From the NCBI RefSeq assembly GCF_036365525.1, contig NW_027140825.1, positions 1,612,001 through 1,666,570 on the forward strand: a DNA stretch of 54,570 nt, given 5' to 3'. The notes below the pieces were generated by a model that was not told the DNA's origin, did not search any database, and saw only the letters and a program-made list of their open reading frames with translations. How positions within the stretch are numbered: position 1 is the stretch's first letter; each line of letters opens with the position of its first letter. The translations under genes and the position numbers were made by a program. Positions 11,840 through 24,055 of the stretch are shown here, in pieces. The DNA is from Heterodontus francisci (Eukaryota).

Positions 11840-12965
11840 GGAAACACAGAAAATAGGAGCAGGAGAATTCCACAGGTTCACCACCCTCTGAGTGTAGACA
11901 TTTCTCCTCATCTCTGCTGTAAATGACATCCCCTGTATTCTGAGACTGTGACCCCTGGTTCTGGACTCTCCAGCCATCGGGAACATCCTTCCTGCTTCTA
12001 GCCTGTATAGTCCTGTTAGAATGTTAGAGGTTTCTACGAGATTCCCTCTCATTCTTTTAAACTCTAGTTAATTTAGGCCGAGTCGGCCCAATCTCTCCTC
12101 ATACGTCAATCCTGCCATCCCAGGAATCAGCCTAGTAAATCTTCTTTGTACTCCCTCCATGGCAAGAACATCCTTTCTCAGATAATGAGACCAAAACTGC
12201 ACACAATACTCCAGATCTGATCTCACCAAGGCTCTGTATAACTGCAGTAAGAAATCCTTGCTCCTGTACTCAAATCCTCCTGCAACGAAGGCCAACATAC
12301 CATTCGCCTTCCTAATTGCTTTCTGCACCTGAATGCTTGCTTTCAGCAACTGGGGTACAAGGATCCCCAGGTCTCACTGAACCTCCCCTTTCCCAGTCGA
12401 TCACCATTCAGCTACTCATTGCCTTTCTGTTTTTACAACCAAAGTGGATAACCTCACATTTATCCGCATTATACTGCATCTACCATGCATTTTCCCACTC
12501 ACCCAACTTGTCCAAATCATATTGGAGTCTTTTTGCATCCTGCTCACAGCTCACATTACCCCCAGCTTTGTGTCATCTGCAGACAGGGAAATGTTACATT
12601 TAGTTCCCTCACCCAAGTCATTAATATGCATTGTGAATAGCTGGGGCCCAAGCACTGATCCCTGTGATACCCCACTAGTCACTGCCTGCCTCCTGGAAAA
12701 AAGACCCACTTATTCCTACTCTCTGTTTCCTGTCTGTCAACCAATTTTCATTCCATGCCAGTATATTACCGCAATCCCACGTTCTGTAATATTGCACACT
12801 TACCTCTTATGTGGGACCTTATTAAAAGCTTTCTGAAAATCCAAATACACCAGATCCACTGGTTCTCCCTTATCTATTCTACTTGTTAAGTCCTCAAACA
12901 ACTCCAGTAGATTTGTTAAGCATGATTTCCCTTTCGCAAACAAATGCTGACTTGGTCCAATCCTG
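11840..12965 (-). mobile_element. CR1-type LINE fragment
   Basis: Minus ORF LYRALVRSDLEYCVQFWSHYLRKD..VQRRFTRLIPGM. Confidence 0.9.
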
Positions 12966-13872
12966 TTTATACTTTCCAGGAGAGATCATAAAGACAACTG
13001 TTCCTGGATGGAGCTTTGGGAAGTTTTCCAAACCCAGCAGAATGTGGAATATTCCAATAGATTCTAAGTGCTCCCTGAATGACAGTTCAATATCCAAAGA
13101 CTCATTTCAGTACTTTCCAAAGCAGAGGAAATAATCTCCAGAGAAGTTGAAAATCATACAGAACAGTAGAGGCTATTCGGCCCGTTGTTCCTGTGCCAAC
13201 ATTTTGAAAGATCTACTTGTTTCATCCCACTCTACACTCTATCCTCAATGGGTGGCAGATATTTCCTGTTCAAATATACATCCCAATCTCTTTTGAAAGT
13301 GACTGTTGAATCTGCTTCCACCATCCTTTCAGGCAGAGCATTCCTGATCAGAATAACTCACCAAGTGAAAGAAAAAAATTCCTAATCTTCCCTGTTGCTC
13401 TATTAAGAATTCTTTAATTCTTGTCCTCTCTTTACCGCCCCTTCTGCCACTGCAAACAGTTTCCCCTTAATTACTCTATCTAAACCCTTCCTGATTTTGA
13501 ACCTCTATCAAATCCCCTCTTAACCTTCTCTGCTCCTCCGGAGGACAGTTCCAGGTTCTGCATTACTAACACTGCTGTCCTATGATGGGAAAAGTTTAGA
13601 AAGGGTCCCCTGGTTTGACTATCCGCTCACTGGTCTTCTGAGATACCGAGTGGTGAAATGAGGTCTCCCCCGGGAGATTCTACAATCAATTCAGGTGAGA
13701 TATCTCTCTATAAAACACATATATGTCAACCATTCAAATCTTTATGAACATCCCCAAACATTGCAATAGATGGGACTTTGCAAGTCAATCCTGTGTAATT
13801 CTAATTCTTACACCCACAAATATGAAAGAACCATCTGCTTTGTTGGATACACAAGGAAGGTTGCCCTTGCAA

Positions 13873-13882
13873 TGACGTCACT
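13873..13882 (-). promoter_or_regulatory. V-beta promoter decamer/CRE (AGTGACGTCA, inverted)
   Basis: TGACGTCACT at 13873, followed by CCAAT at about 13914, upstream of the V3 leader. Confidence 0.65.
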
Positions 13883-13986
13883 TCCGCATTGCTTCACAAA
13901 AGCAGGCTGTGCACCAATAGGACTGCAGTGTGTGTGAGAGCTGGACCAAGCTGGAAGGTTGAAAGAAGGGTTCACATTCCTGCATC

Positions 13987-14032
13987 ATGCTGTGTACTGT
14001 TTACCTCCATCTACTGTTTCTGCTGCTCCCAG
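13987..14032 (+). CDS. TRBV: TRBV (V3) leader exon
   Basis: Identical to the V2 leader. Confidence 0.85.
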
Positions 14033-14346
14033 GTTACTGTTCCTACTTGGAGGGAAATTCAGGCCCCAGTTAATCAGCTTTGAGACACAATTCCTGTTGA
14101 TATCGAAGGGCTCCAATCAGTTAGAGATTTACTGGTTTGGTTTTACTGTTGAGGACAAGTGTCGTTATTTAGCGCCACTGCAGTTGTGCCCAGCGATTCT
14201 GGGAATCAGCACATGACCCCTGTGCTGGGGCGTCAGCGGGCTGATCGACTGTAGTGTGCATCGGGAGGTTTACCATTAAAGCTCTCTCTCTCTCCTCATT
14301 GTGTCTGTTCTCTTTGACCCGATCTGTTTCTCATGTTCCTCCACAG

Positions 14347-14648
14347 CCCGGTCCAGGAGCGCTCTCGTTACCCAGTGGGGGAACCGGCTGACGGTCGCAG
14401 AGGGGAAAACGGTGGAAATGCACTGTTTCCAGAATGACACCAGCGAGAGCTACATGTACTGGTATCGCCAGCAGAGCGGAGCAGGGTTACAGCTCATAGT
14501 GACCTCGATTGGCACCTCTGATTCCAGGCCTGAAGAGGGTTTCAAGGAGAGATTTAAAGCCACCAGACCCGATCTTAAAACCTGCAGCCTGAAAATACTG
14601 AGGGTGGATCAGACTGACAGGGCGGTGTATTACTGTGCTGCTAGTGAT
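14347..14648 (+). CDS. TRBV: TRBV (V3) V exon, intact paralog of V2
   Basis: Same motifs; about 18/302 nt differences from V2 by eye. Confidence 0.95.
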
Positions 14649-14687
14649 CACAGTGATTCAAACAGGTGCAGGGCTGGGTCAAAAACA
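14649..14687 (+). other. V3 23-RSS
   Basis: CACAGTG + 23 nt + TCAAAAACA, identical to V2. Confidence 0.95.
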
Positions 14688-15194
14688 TACCACCCTCTTA
14701 TACTGTGAGTGTTAGAGAGAAAAACTCAAGTAAGCAGAGCTCATAAAGTCAGCTGTTCATTGATGAAACTTTGCAGAGTTTTCCATCAACTTTCAGAGTG
14801 TAGATATTTCCTGTTCAAATATATTTCCCAATCTCCTTTCTAAGTTACTGTTGAATCTGCTTCCTCCATCCTTTCAGGCATCGCATTCCTGATCAGAATA
14901 ACTCAACAAGTTAAAAGAAAAATCTCTTCGTCTGTGCTGGTATTGTCTGTGTGAGTCTGCATCTCTATCTTTCAGCTTGCAAACAGCTCTCAAAGTGATA
15001 AATGGATGGCTTGGTTCTGCTGAAAGACAGAGCCATCAAAGTCCGGAAGGATAGATACATCTTATTATCTTAGAATATCACCCTGTACCGTTTAAACCGA
15101 CCATTGTTGTGTTTATCACAAATTTTACCCAATCTTGATCATCCGGTTAGCAATCAAGTTACTGCCACTTATCATCGACATTCCTAATCACAGA

Positions 15195-15830
15195 ATCAGA
15201 AAATTGGTACAGTACAGGTGGCCATTCGGCCCATTGTGTCTGAACCGGCCCTCCGAATGAGCAATTCACTCAGTCCCATTCCCTTGCATTCTACCCGTAA
15301 CCCTGCACATTCTTCCTTTTCATAATTCCCTTTTGAATGCCCCGATTGCACCTGCCTGCACCATGCTCTCTGGGCCTGCACTCCAGACATTAACCATCCA
15401 CTTTGTGAAACAATTTTTTCCTCATGTCACTTTTACTTCTGTTTCCAATTAGTTTAAATCTGTGCCCTCTCATTGTCCATCCTTTCACGAGTGGGAGCAG
15501 TTTCTCTCTATCTGTTCTGTCCCGACACCTCATGATTTTGACTCCCTCTATCAAACCACCTCTCAGCCTTCTCTTCTCCAAGGAAAACAATCCCAACTTC
15601 TCCAAATTATCATCATAACTGAGGTCCCTCACCCGTGGAACCATTCTCCTGAATCTTTTCCTCACTCTCTCCAATGCTTTCATTTCTTTCCTCAAGTGCA
15701 GCTCCCAGAACTGGACACAATACTCCAGCTGAGGCTGAACTAGTGTCTTGTACAAGTTCAACTTATTTCCTTGCTCTTGTACTCTATGCCCCTTTTAATA
15801 AAGCCCAGGATACTGTATGCTTTATTAACT
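15195..15830 (-). mobile_element. CR1-type LINE fragment
   Basis: LYKTLVQPQLEYCVQFW..LEKLGLFSLEKRRLRG. Confidence 0.9.
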
Positions 15831-15925
15831 GCTGTCCAGTGCCAATCATGAATAATGTTTGTGGTTAATCTGCGTCTCAGTATCTTTTTATTGACAAACC
15901 GCTAACGTATCCATCTCATTTTCAG

Positions 15926-16200
15926 AAATTATATTTGGATATCCCTAGGTAGAGCAATCCCCACCTTCTTGGAACGCACTGTCTCATAACTGCGTTCAAT
16001 TCAGGTACTTTGGCCTGAGGAAGGCGCAGCAGGAACTCCCAGGCGCTGGGGCCAGGCTTTCAGCTGAAACTTGGGCCAACTGGTGGAGGGTCCATCGAGC
16101 TGACTGAGACTGTCATTGGTGTCACACTGAGTCTCAACAATAAGGTTTATCCAGCATCTCTCAGCTCTGTACTCTCTGAATTAAACTGTGTTGAGTTCTA
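15926..16200 (+). pseudogene. Degenerate TRBV pseudogene
   Basis: Acceptor ttttcag; P*VEQSPPS (FR1-like); RNSQALGPGFQL at 16031 parallels WYRQQSGAGLQL; stop and frameshifts; no clear RSS. Confidence 0.5.
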
Positions 16201-16939
16201 GCACTAAGCTAAACAGGGCACTGGTATGGAAGGCTGTATTCTGAAGAGGAAGGCTTAGGAATGCAGGATTTGCCAGATGCCAAAAAAAGCCAGGACACCT
16301 CGTTCATCTTCTGACATCCTTGTCGACCAATAATGTCGTTGTTGATGATGGTAGCCTTTGTAACAGTAGTTGTTCTGTTCGAGGACGGGTATTCCAGCAA
16401 TGATGCTCAGCATAAAGCTGCTGGATTGGTGGAAAGTGCCACCTGGTTCAGTAATATCCTTTAGGGAAGAAATTTTGCCTCCCTCACCCAATCTGGACTC
16501 TCAGTGACTCCAGACCCCGGCAGCAGTGCTGTTCACCCTTCACTGTCCTGAGGAATGGGCCTCGTCAGCCACGGAGTTGCATTCAAGAAGAAGTCTGCTC
16601 AAGAGTGGTCAGACTTGGGAATAAACGTGGTCCTCGCCAGCCCTCATCCCGTAACAGAACAGAAATAAAACAATTGCGGTGACTTGATCTATAACAGGGC
16701 CCAGGCATGAGGCGGGGAATGTACCAAAATGCCAGGCCCAAAGTCCCTGTGCCTCCCAAGCAGGCAGCTCTTGTCACATGTCATGTCTCAACTTAATCAT
16801 CGACTGCATCCCAAGAAAGTTCCTCACTGAAGGAAATCTATCAAATCTGGATATGGATGGATCAATACCACGGGACAAACACAGTCTTAGGGCCCCTATT
16901 GAAAAAAGAATGACTGGTGTCTCATTGACATACTTCCAC

Positions 16940-17160
16940 ATGTCATGGTAAATCTCTTCAACACTGACCTGTTCAGATGATAACCAGCCTGCTCTTGACA
17001 GAATTCCCTGGCGTTCTGGGAGGAATTTGTCCCAGGGCAGTTCCTACTCCAACACAGCCATATAAGTAGGGTTTGCTTGACTGGAACCCTGTCTGCAGTG
17101 AGAATGCACCCATAGAGATAACAGATAAGGCTCACCGACTCCCAATAGCTTTGTTGTCAC
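16940..17160 (+). pseudogene. Possible TRBV relic
   Basis: Frameshifted GKS/TLTCS, FWEEFVPGQ and RLTDSxxxxC in V-domain order. Confidence 0.3.
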
Positions 17161-17659
17161 GTTTCATATGCCAAAGGGTGGAGAATAGTTTTACTTTTCT
17201 TAAATAAAGGAAATGATGTCAAGTTGTTCCTTTCTGATCTGTCCACATTGTAGCATCACAGAAAGATTCAACACAAAGGAGATCATACCGCCTCTGCTTG
17301 CTTTTGTGAAAATATCTATCCAGTTAGTCCCACTTTCCTGCCCTTTTGCCCTAGTCCTGGAAATCTTCTGCTCCAAGGATCTATCCAATTCCCTTTTGAA
17401 AGCTGAATCCCATTCCACTGCCCTTTCAGGTGATGTGTTCCAGATCATTAATACCCGTCCCAGTCAGAATCTTTCTCCTCGTCCCGCTTCTGCTTCTTTT
17501 GCCACTGACCCTAAATCAGCGCCTTCCTGGTTAACGACCTTCCTGCCTCAGAAAACAGCTTCTCCCTGTTCAATTTATCAAAACCCTTCCTGATTTCCAA
17601 CACAACCTTCCTCTGGGTCCCTTAACCTTCTCTGCTCTGATTATAATTCATTCCGATCA

Positions 17660-17852
17660 CCTGGAAATTGCACTGAAATCGATAAACTTCCCTTATCAAG
17701 ATCTGGTTTGGCCTGCAACTGGCTTCAGGGTTTGCCATGACGAGACTTCATGGTCAAGTGAAACACGGGTTAGACCGAAAGAGAAAGATAATATTTTAGA
17801 CGGTATGTGCTGTGATGACACAATGATCTGACACTGCAAACACGCAGGAACC
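17660..17852 (+). pseudogene. Possible TRBV relic with heptamer
   Basis: gaaattgcactg resembles V2 EMHC; tggtttggcctgcaa matches V2 WYRQQ codons at 11/15; tgtgctgtgatga followed by CACAATG (17819). Confidence 0.3.
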
Positions 17853-17864
17853 ACTTACATCAGA

Positions 17865-18550
17865 ACATTAGAAAATAGGAGCAGGAGTAAGCCATTCGGC
17901 CCGCCGTGTCTGCTCCTCCACATAATGAAGATCTTGAGGATCTGCTACCTTCACTCCACTTTCCCGCCATATTCCTACATCCCTGGATTCCCTTGGTGCC
18001 TAAAATCTATGGATCTCATGTCTTCAATTTTCTCAATGACTGAGAATTCCACAGCTCTCTGAATTCCAAAGAGTCATAACCCTCTGAGTGAAGACATTCG
18101 TCCTCATCTAAGTACGATAGACGACCCCTTATCCTGAAGATTCGACCCCTTATTTCTAGGCTCTCCAGCCAGGGGGGAAACAGCCTCTCAGCGTGTCCCC
18201 TGTCAAACCCTCTCATCATCTTGTACGTTTCAAATGGATCACCTCTGATTCTTCCAGAGAATAACAGCCCATTCGACTCAATTTCTCCTCATAGGGCAGC
18301 CTTCTCCTCCGAGGAACCAATTGAGTGAACCTTCGTTGCAACCTCCTCTAAGGCAAATACATGCTTCCGTAGATAAGGAGAGCAACACTCTACACAACAC
18401 TAAAGGTGTGTTGTTACCAAAGTCCTAACTAGCTGCAGAAAGATTTCCTTACTCTTATGTTTCAAAGCTAACATGTTACTCGCCTTCCTAATTCCTTGCT
18501 GTACCTTGATGTAAAATTGCTCTGATTCATATACACGGGTCCCTCTTTCA
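17865..18550 (-). mobile_element. CR1-type LINE fragment
   Basis: Minus ORFs MRGFDRGHAERLFP and LQLVRTLVTTHL. Confidence 0.75.
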
Positions 18551-18691
18551 GTATCAATAATGAGAAGAATGTTGTCATTGAAATTACTCACCCTGTTTCT
18601 CGACCACTTTTGCTGCAGCCCCAGATATTTTCAAATTGGACTGGAGTTCCCGACATCTACAACAGGCCATCATTTCTTTTCTTTAGCTTTT

Positions 18692-19170
18692 ATGAAGTGG
18701 AAGACTTTTAATGGGCTCCTGACGGTAAGATGTCCTCCAGCCTTTACGGATTCGAGATGCTGTGCACATTTCCAACCTCCATTATGCCAGTGGAGTCGAA
18801 AGTGAGTTCCTTAGCTGATGTGTTCTCTGATGATTGAAGCAAAATTGCAGGGACGCAGATCAGAAGCCTTTTCCACGTGCCAACAAGATAGTAACCCTTT
18901 ACTTGCAGGGTCCAAGATCGAGCAGCGTGATAAAACTGCCGGTCGGCACCCTGTCTCGAAATTCCAATGTGAGGTGAATGCACATAACCAGGAATGAATT
19001 CCAACTGATGCATCTTAGATCCAATAGTGTTAGTGGAGGGGTTGCGGGGGTGGGGAGTTTCGCTCCATTTGTCACGATCTGGTCATCTTCGCACATGGCA
19101 ATAAATAATCCGACATCTCACTGAAAGTAGGTAGCATTGATCATACTCGGACTGCGACTCCTTTACGTCA
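18692..19170 (+). pseudogene. Degenerate TRBV pseudogene (leader-like exon plus V exon)
   Basis: ATG..ctgacg|GTAAGA (18692-18724); acceptor ttgcag at 18908; then SKIEQ, FQCEV, EFQLM and SLKVGSIDHTRTAT (compare V2 SLKILRVDQTDRAV) across frames. Confidence 0.45.
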
Positions 19171-19216
19171 GATGGATGATCCAAATGATGAATGGTGATG
19201 AAAATTCCCTCTGCGG

Positions 19217-19230
19217 CCGCCAGAGGGCGC
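19217..19230 (+). promoter_or_regulatory. CTCF motif (forward)
   Basis: CCGCCAGAGGGCGC versus consensus CCASYAGRKGGCRS. Confidence 0.7.
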
Positions 19231-19308
19231 GATCACTCGCTGAATGGAAATTCATTGTCTCTCCATCTGATCGAATCCTATTTGCAGCCACAAGTTCTGC
19301 GGAGAACT

Positions 19309-19322
19309 GCGCCATCTCCTGG
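19309..19322 (-). promoter_or_regulatory. CTCF motif (reverse)
   Basis: Reverse complement CCAGGAGATGGCGC, 13/14 to consensus. Confidence 0.65.
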
Positions 19323-19779
19323 TGGAAACTGAGAATGACCAGACAATCTGTTTTAGTTAAGTTGGTTTAGGGATGTCTATTGCCCCAGATAATCCTCCAG
19401 AATGCTCCTGTTATTCTCCGAAATAGTGGCTATGGGATCATTCCCGTCTGCAGTCGGGACCTCGTTTTAACATCTCAGCCAAAATAAAGAGAGTACCTCG
19501 GTGCTACACCTCCACACGGTGCAGCACTTTCTCTGTCCTGCACTGGGAGTGTCAGCCTAGATTTTATGCTTAAATCATGGTGCGGGGACTTAAACCCACA
19601 AACCTCTGACTCAGTGCCGAGGTACTCCCCACTAAACCACGGCTGATGTATAAAGACACATCAGAGGAAGTGGTCAGTCATACAGGGTGCTTTGAGGTTC
19701 TCCCATCTGTAGCGATGACGAATGCTACACCGCCTTTTGAAACAACCAGCACTCTGTGGACTAATCAGAAAACCAAGAG

Positions 19780-20920
19780 TCGGATACACACTTTTTGATG
19801 AGGTAACAGAGAGGGTTAATGAGGGTATTGCGGTTGATGTGGTGTACATGAACTTCAAAAAAAGCGTTTGATAAAGTACTACATAACAGGCTTGTCAGCA
19901 AAGATAAAGCTTATGCAATAAAAGGGGCATTATCAACATGGATACAAAGTTACAGGGAACATAGTAGTGGTAAACGGTTGTTGTTCAGACTAGAGGAAGG
20001 TATATAGTGCGGTTCTCCAGGGACCACTGTTTTTCTTGATCGATATTAATGACCTAGACTTGGGTGGGCAGGGCACAATTTCAAACTTTGCAGATGACAC
20101 AAAACGTGGAAGTATTGTGAACCGTGAGGAGGATGGTGATAGATTTTAAGAGGATGTAGAATGACTGGTGGAATGGGCGGGCAAATTGCAGATGCAGTTT
20201 ATTACATAAAGGTGTGAAGTCTTTCATTTTGGTAGTGAAAACGAGGAGAGACAATCTCAAATAAAGGATACAATTCTAAAGGTGGTGCAGGAACAGAGGG
20301 ACCTGGGTGTATATCAGTGTAAATTACTCAAGATGACAGGGCAAGTTGAGGAAGTGGTTAATCAGGCAGACTGAATCCTGGGCTTTATCAATGGAGGCAT
20401 CAAATTTAAAAAAAAAACAAAGAGGTTACAGGGAACCTCGACATAACACGGGTTCCACCTCAACTGGAATATTACACCCAATTCTGGATACCACACTTTA
20501 AGAAGGATGTCAAGGGTGCAGAAAAGATTTAAGAGATTGGTTCCAGGGATGAGGGGCTTCTGTTACGTGGATAGATTGGAGAAGCTGGGGTTGTTCGCCA
20601 TAGAGAAGAGAAACTTGAGAGGAGATTTGACAGAGTTGTGCAAAATCATGAGGGACCCAGACAGAGTAGATCTGTTCTCAGTGGCAGAAGGGTGGAGAAC
20701 CAGGGGACACCAGTTTAAAGTAAATGGCTAAAAAAACAAACAAACAAACAAAGGTGACAGGGGGAATTCCTCTTCTACACAGAGAGGGTTAGGATCTGCG
20801 ACGCACTGCCTGACAGTGCGATGCTGGTAGTGTCAATCGAGGTCCTGGATAACTATCTGAAGAGAAACAAAAATTTACAGGGCTACGGGGAAAAGGCCAG
20901 GGAATTGGACAAGCTGAGCT
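19780..20920 (+). mobile_element. CR1-type LINE fragment
   Basis: FADDTK motif (tttgcagatgacacaaaa) and RVQKRFKRLVPGM..LEKLGLF. Confidence 0.9.
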
Positions 20921-21609
20921 GTTAACCTGGTGGTGATGTTACTGGACCAGTAATCCAACAGCCCGGGCTAGCGCTTTGGTAATCGTGAGTTCAAACCCCA
21001 CCACAGCCGGCAGAAGAGTTTAAGTTCAATTGATTGAGGTAAAGTACCAGTGACATGAATTATGACCATGAAACGACCTGATTGTTGTTTAAACCCCCTC
21101 TGGTTCTCTAATGTCCCACAGGAGAACATTTGACCTACTTACCCCCTTACAACCTGAGTCCTGGTCCACACCAATGTAGTTATCACTTCACTGTTCTCCC
21201 AATGCCACTCAGTTGCATCAAGCGACGACAGGCAAGTGCTCAAAATTGGAGCAACAAAACACGAAATCCCGGTCGTGACAAATTCCAGTAATTTTTCTGT
21301 GACGAGTTTAGTTCTGTGTCTACCCGTGGAAGAAATGTAAAGCGAAACTGCTGGCAGAGTCAGTTTCTGGAGGACATGCTCCAAGTCCCGGACCTCCTGT
21401 TCACAGGTCAGCACGATCGTGTAATTAGACAGCAGCGACTTTCATTTAGATAGTGACTTCACCGTCAGTCGAGAAAACGGCCGGAAAACGGTCCGGTTTG
21501 GAGGAGAGAGAGGTGGAGAGGGTTAGGGAGGGAATTGCAGAGCTGAGGCCGCTGTGAGAGGAAGGAACGGCCAAGAAATGAAGAATCGATCAGGATTAGT
21601 GGAGCAATA

Positions 21610-21623
21610 GCGCCACCTACCGC
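21610..21623 (-). promoter_or_regulatory. CTCF-like motif (reverse)
   Basis: Reverse complement GCGGTAGGTGGCGC. Confidence 0.45.
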
Positions 21624-21659
21624 CCATCAATCGCCAATGCAGCCAACACTTGGTTAATT

Positions 21660-22240
21660 CAGTACTGAGGGAGTGCTGCACTGTTGGAGGATCAGTGCTG
21701 AGGGAGTGCTGCACTGGCAGACGGCCAGTACTGAGGGAGTGCTGCAATGTCGGAGGGTCAGTACTGAGGGAGTGCTGCACTGTCGGAGGGTCAGTACTGA
21801 GGGACCACTGCACTTTCGGAGGATCAGTACTGAGGAAGTGCTGCACTGTCAGAGGGTCGGAACTGGGGGAGTGCTGCACTGTCAGGGGGCCATTACTGAT
21901 GAAGCACTGCACTATCAGAGGGTCAGTACTGAGGGAATGCTGCACTGTCAGAGTGTCAGTACTGAGGGAGTGCTGCACTGTCAGAGTGTCAGTACTGAGG
22001 GAGTGCTGCACTGTCAGAGGGTCAGTACTGAGGGAGTGCTGCACTGTCAACTGGTCAGTACTGAGGGAGTGCTGCACTGTCAGAGTGTCAGTACTGAGGG
22101 AGTGCTGCACTGTCAGAGTGTCAGTACTGAGGGAGTGCTGCACTGTCAGAGGGTCAGTACTGAGGGAGTGCTGCACTGTCAGAGGGTCAGTACTGAGGGA
22201 GTGCTGCACTGTCAACTGGTCAGTACTGAGGGTTTGCTGC
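21660..22240. repeat. 33-bp minisatellite (about 17 copies)
   Basis: Unit cagtactgagggagtgctgcactgtcagagggt; produces the 11-aa repeat ORFs on both strands. Confidence 0.95.
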
Positions 22241-23134
22241 ATTTTCGCCTGAGATGTTAAACCAGCGGCTTGTCTGCCTTCTCAGGTGAGACGCACTATA
22301 TCCCTTGGACTGTGTCCTGAGGCAAATAGCAAAGCAACAGGCCATTCGGCCCAACACATTCATGCTGGTGTTTGTCCTGCACACGAGCTTCCTCGCTCTC
22401 GTCTTCATCTCACCCCATCAGTAGATCCTTCAAAATCTTCCTCCTCCCATTTGTTTATCCAGATTCCCTCTTGATTACATCTCCACTATTCGTCTTATCC
22501 CACTCCCTACATCCTCTCACTCTCTGGGTTAAGAAGTTTCTCTTGAATTCCGATTTTATTTATTAGTGACTATCTTCTATTGGTGGTTCCTAGTTCCTGA
22601 CTCCCCCACAAGTGAAAACATCTTTTGCACGTCTATCCTATCAAAAACCCTTTCATAATCTTAAATCCTTCCATCAGATCACCCCCTCAGCCTTCTCTTT
22701 ACAGCCCTTCCTGATCATTATAACCTCTCAGTTCTGATATCATCCTTGTCATTACTTTTTTGCCCCTTCTCCTGTATCTCTATATCTCTTAAAATGTGAA
22801 AAGTGCTCCAACTGTGGTCTAAGCAAGATTCTATACAAGTTTAACATGACTTCTCATAGCTCCGTTATGTTGGGGGAACTTTTAGAAGAAGCAATGGATT
22901 CCTGCTTTGTGCCATGTTTGCAACAGGACAAAGGGAAATGTACTTACTTTGATGTCTCCATAATCGCCTTCCTTTGAAAATGTTTTGTGTCTATATCCCA
23001 ATTCAACGTCCAGCTTTATTGTTAGACATTTTTGGAACCTCTTCAACCCAGAACCTCGCGTTACCTTCATCTGAAGAGCAAGCAGCAGAAGAACAGAACA
23101 AAAGAGTAAAACCCTCAATGTTATAGTTGAGGAC

Positions 23135-23445
23135 CAGGTGCATGGGTGATGGGTGTTGGTGTGCAGACAGATCAGCTGAAATGATAACAGCACTGCGCAC
23201 ATCAACAGAACACCTGGGAACTTGCACATCCCTGGTTTGGCAGACCTGGGACTCTGAGTGATAGGTTAAGAGATTGCAGTGTGCACGATTTTGTGTATAC
23301 ATTAAGTGCGTTCTGTTTGAGGACCCGTAGCTGGTGCCTCCTGAGATCCTGAAGGTTGTAGAGGGACAATGCAGGTAAAGAAAAGGGTAAGGACGGAGTC
23401 AGGGATTGGGAAAAGGGGTGCAACAGAGGGACGGAATTGAGAGGG
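23135..23445 (+). promoter_or_regulatory. Candidate D1 germline promoter region
   Basis: Conserved with 32622-32930; E-boxes CAGGTG (23135), CAGCTG (23173), CACCTG (23211); GATA TGATAA (23182). Confidence 0.35.
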
Positions 23446-23669
23446 NNNNNNNNNNNNNNNNNNNNNNNNNNNNNNNNNNNNNNNNNNNNNNNNNNNNNNN
23501 NNNNNNNNNNNNNNNNNNNNNNNNNNNNNNNNNNNNNNNNNNNNNNNNNNNNNNNNNNNNNNNNNNNNNNNNNNNNNNNNNNNNNNNNNNNNNNNNNNNN
23601 NNNNNNNNNNNNNNNNNNNNNNNNNNNNNNNNNNNNNNNNNNNNNNNNNNNNNNNNNNNNNNNNNNNNN
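23446..23669. other. Assembly gap (N run)
   Basis: 224 N. Confidence 1.
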
Positions 23670-23940
23670 ATGCCCTCCTCCTGTTCCGGTGTAACAGGTT
23701 CAAGAGGGGCTGAAGGGCCTCCTCCTGTTTCCGTGTAACATGCTCGAGAGGGGCTGAATGTCCTCCTCCTGTTCCTGTGTAACAGGCTCGAGAGGGGCTG
23801 AACGTACTCCTCCTGTTCCTGCGTAGCAGGCTGGAGAGGGGCTGAATGTCCTCCTCCTGTTCCTGTGTAACAGACTGCATTGGGGCTGTATGTCCTCCTC
23901 CTGATCCTGTGAAACAGATTTGAGAGGGGCTGAATGGCCT
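23670..23940. repeat. 44-bp tandem repeat resembling CR1/SINE 3' tails
   Basis: cctcctcctg starts at 23674, 23718 and 23762; paralog at 33050-33240. Confidence 0.85.
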
Positions 23941-24055
23941 TTAATTGTGCTCCAAATGTCTAACGAAAGTTCAGCACCTGAGTCTCAACTGCCGTCACCA
24001 GGTGAAACCCTCGGGAGCCGTTTAAGCGGCGGGGACTTGTACGTTTTGCTTTCCT

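Noticed and set aside
18744-19013. Minus ORF with PHIGIS and GIMEVG, reminiscent of MOXD/DBH (MOXD2 flanks mammalian TRB)
   Set aside because: Motif spacing is wrong, there is no HYxNP motif or exon structure, and a + strand V relic explains the region better.
19560-19650. tRNA-like sequence on the minus strand
   Set aside because: It is the head of a tRNA-derived SINE; no complete cloverleaf.
21523-22260. 195-239 aa ORFs with 11-aa repeats, CRISPR-like appearance
   Set aside because: A 33-bp tandem repeat with no unique spacers; it is open in several frames on both strands only because the unit lacks stops.
23302-23880. ORFs spanning the N gap
   Set aside because: Artefacts of the gap and the adjacent tandem repeat.
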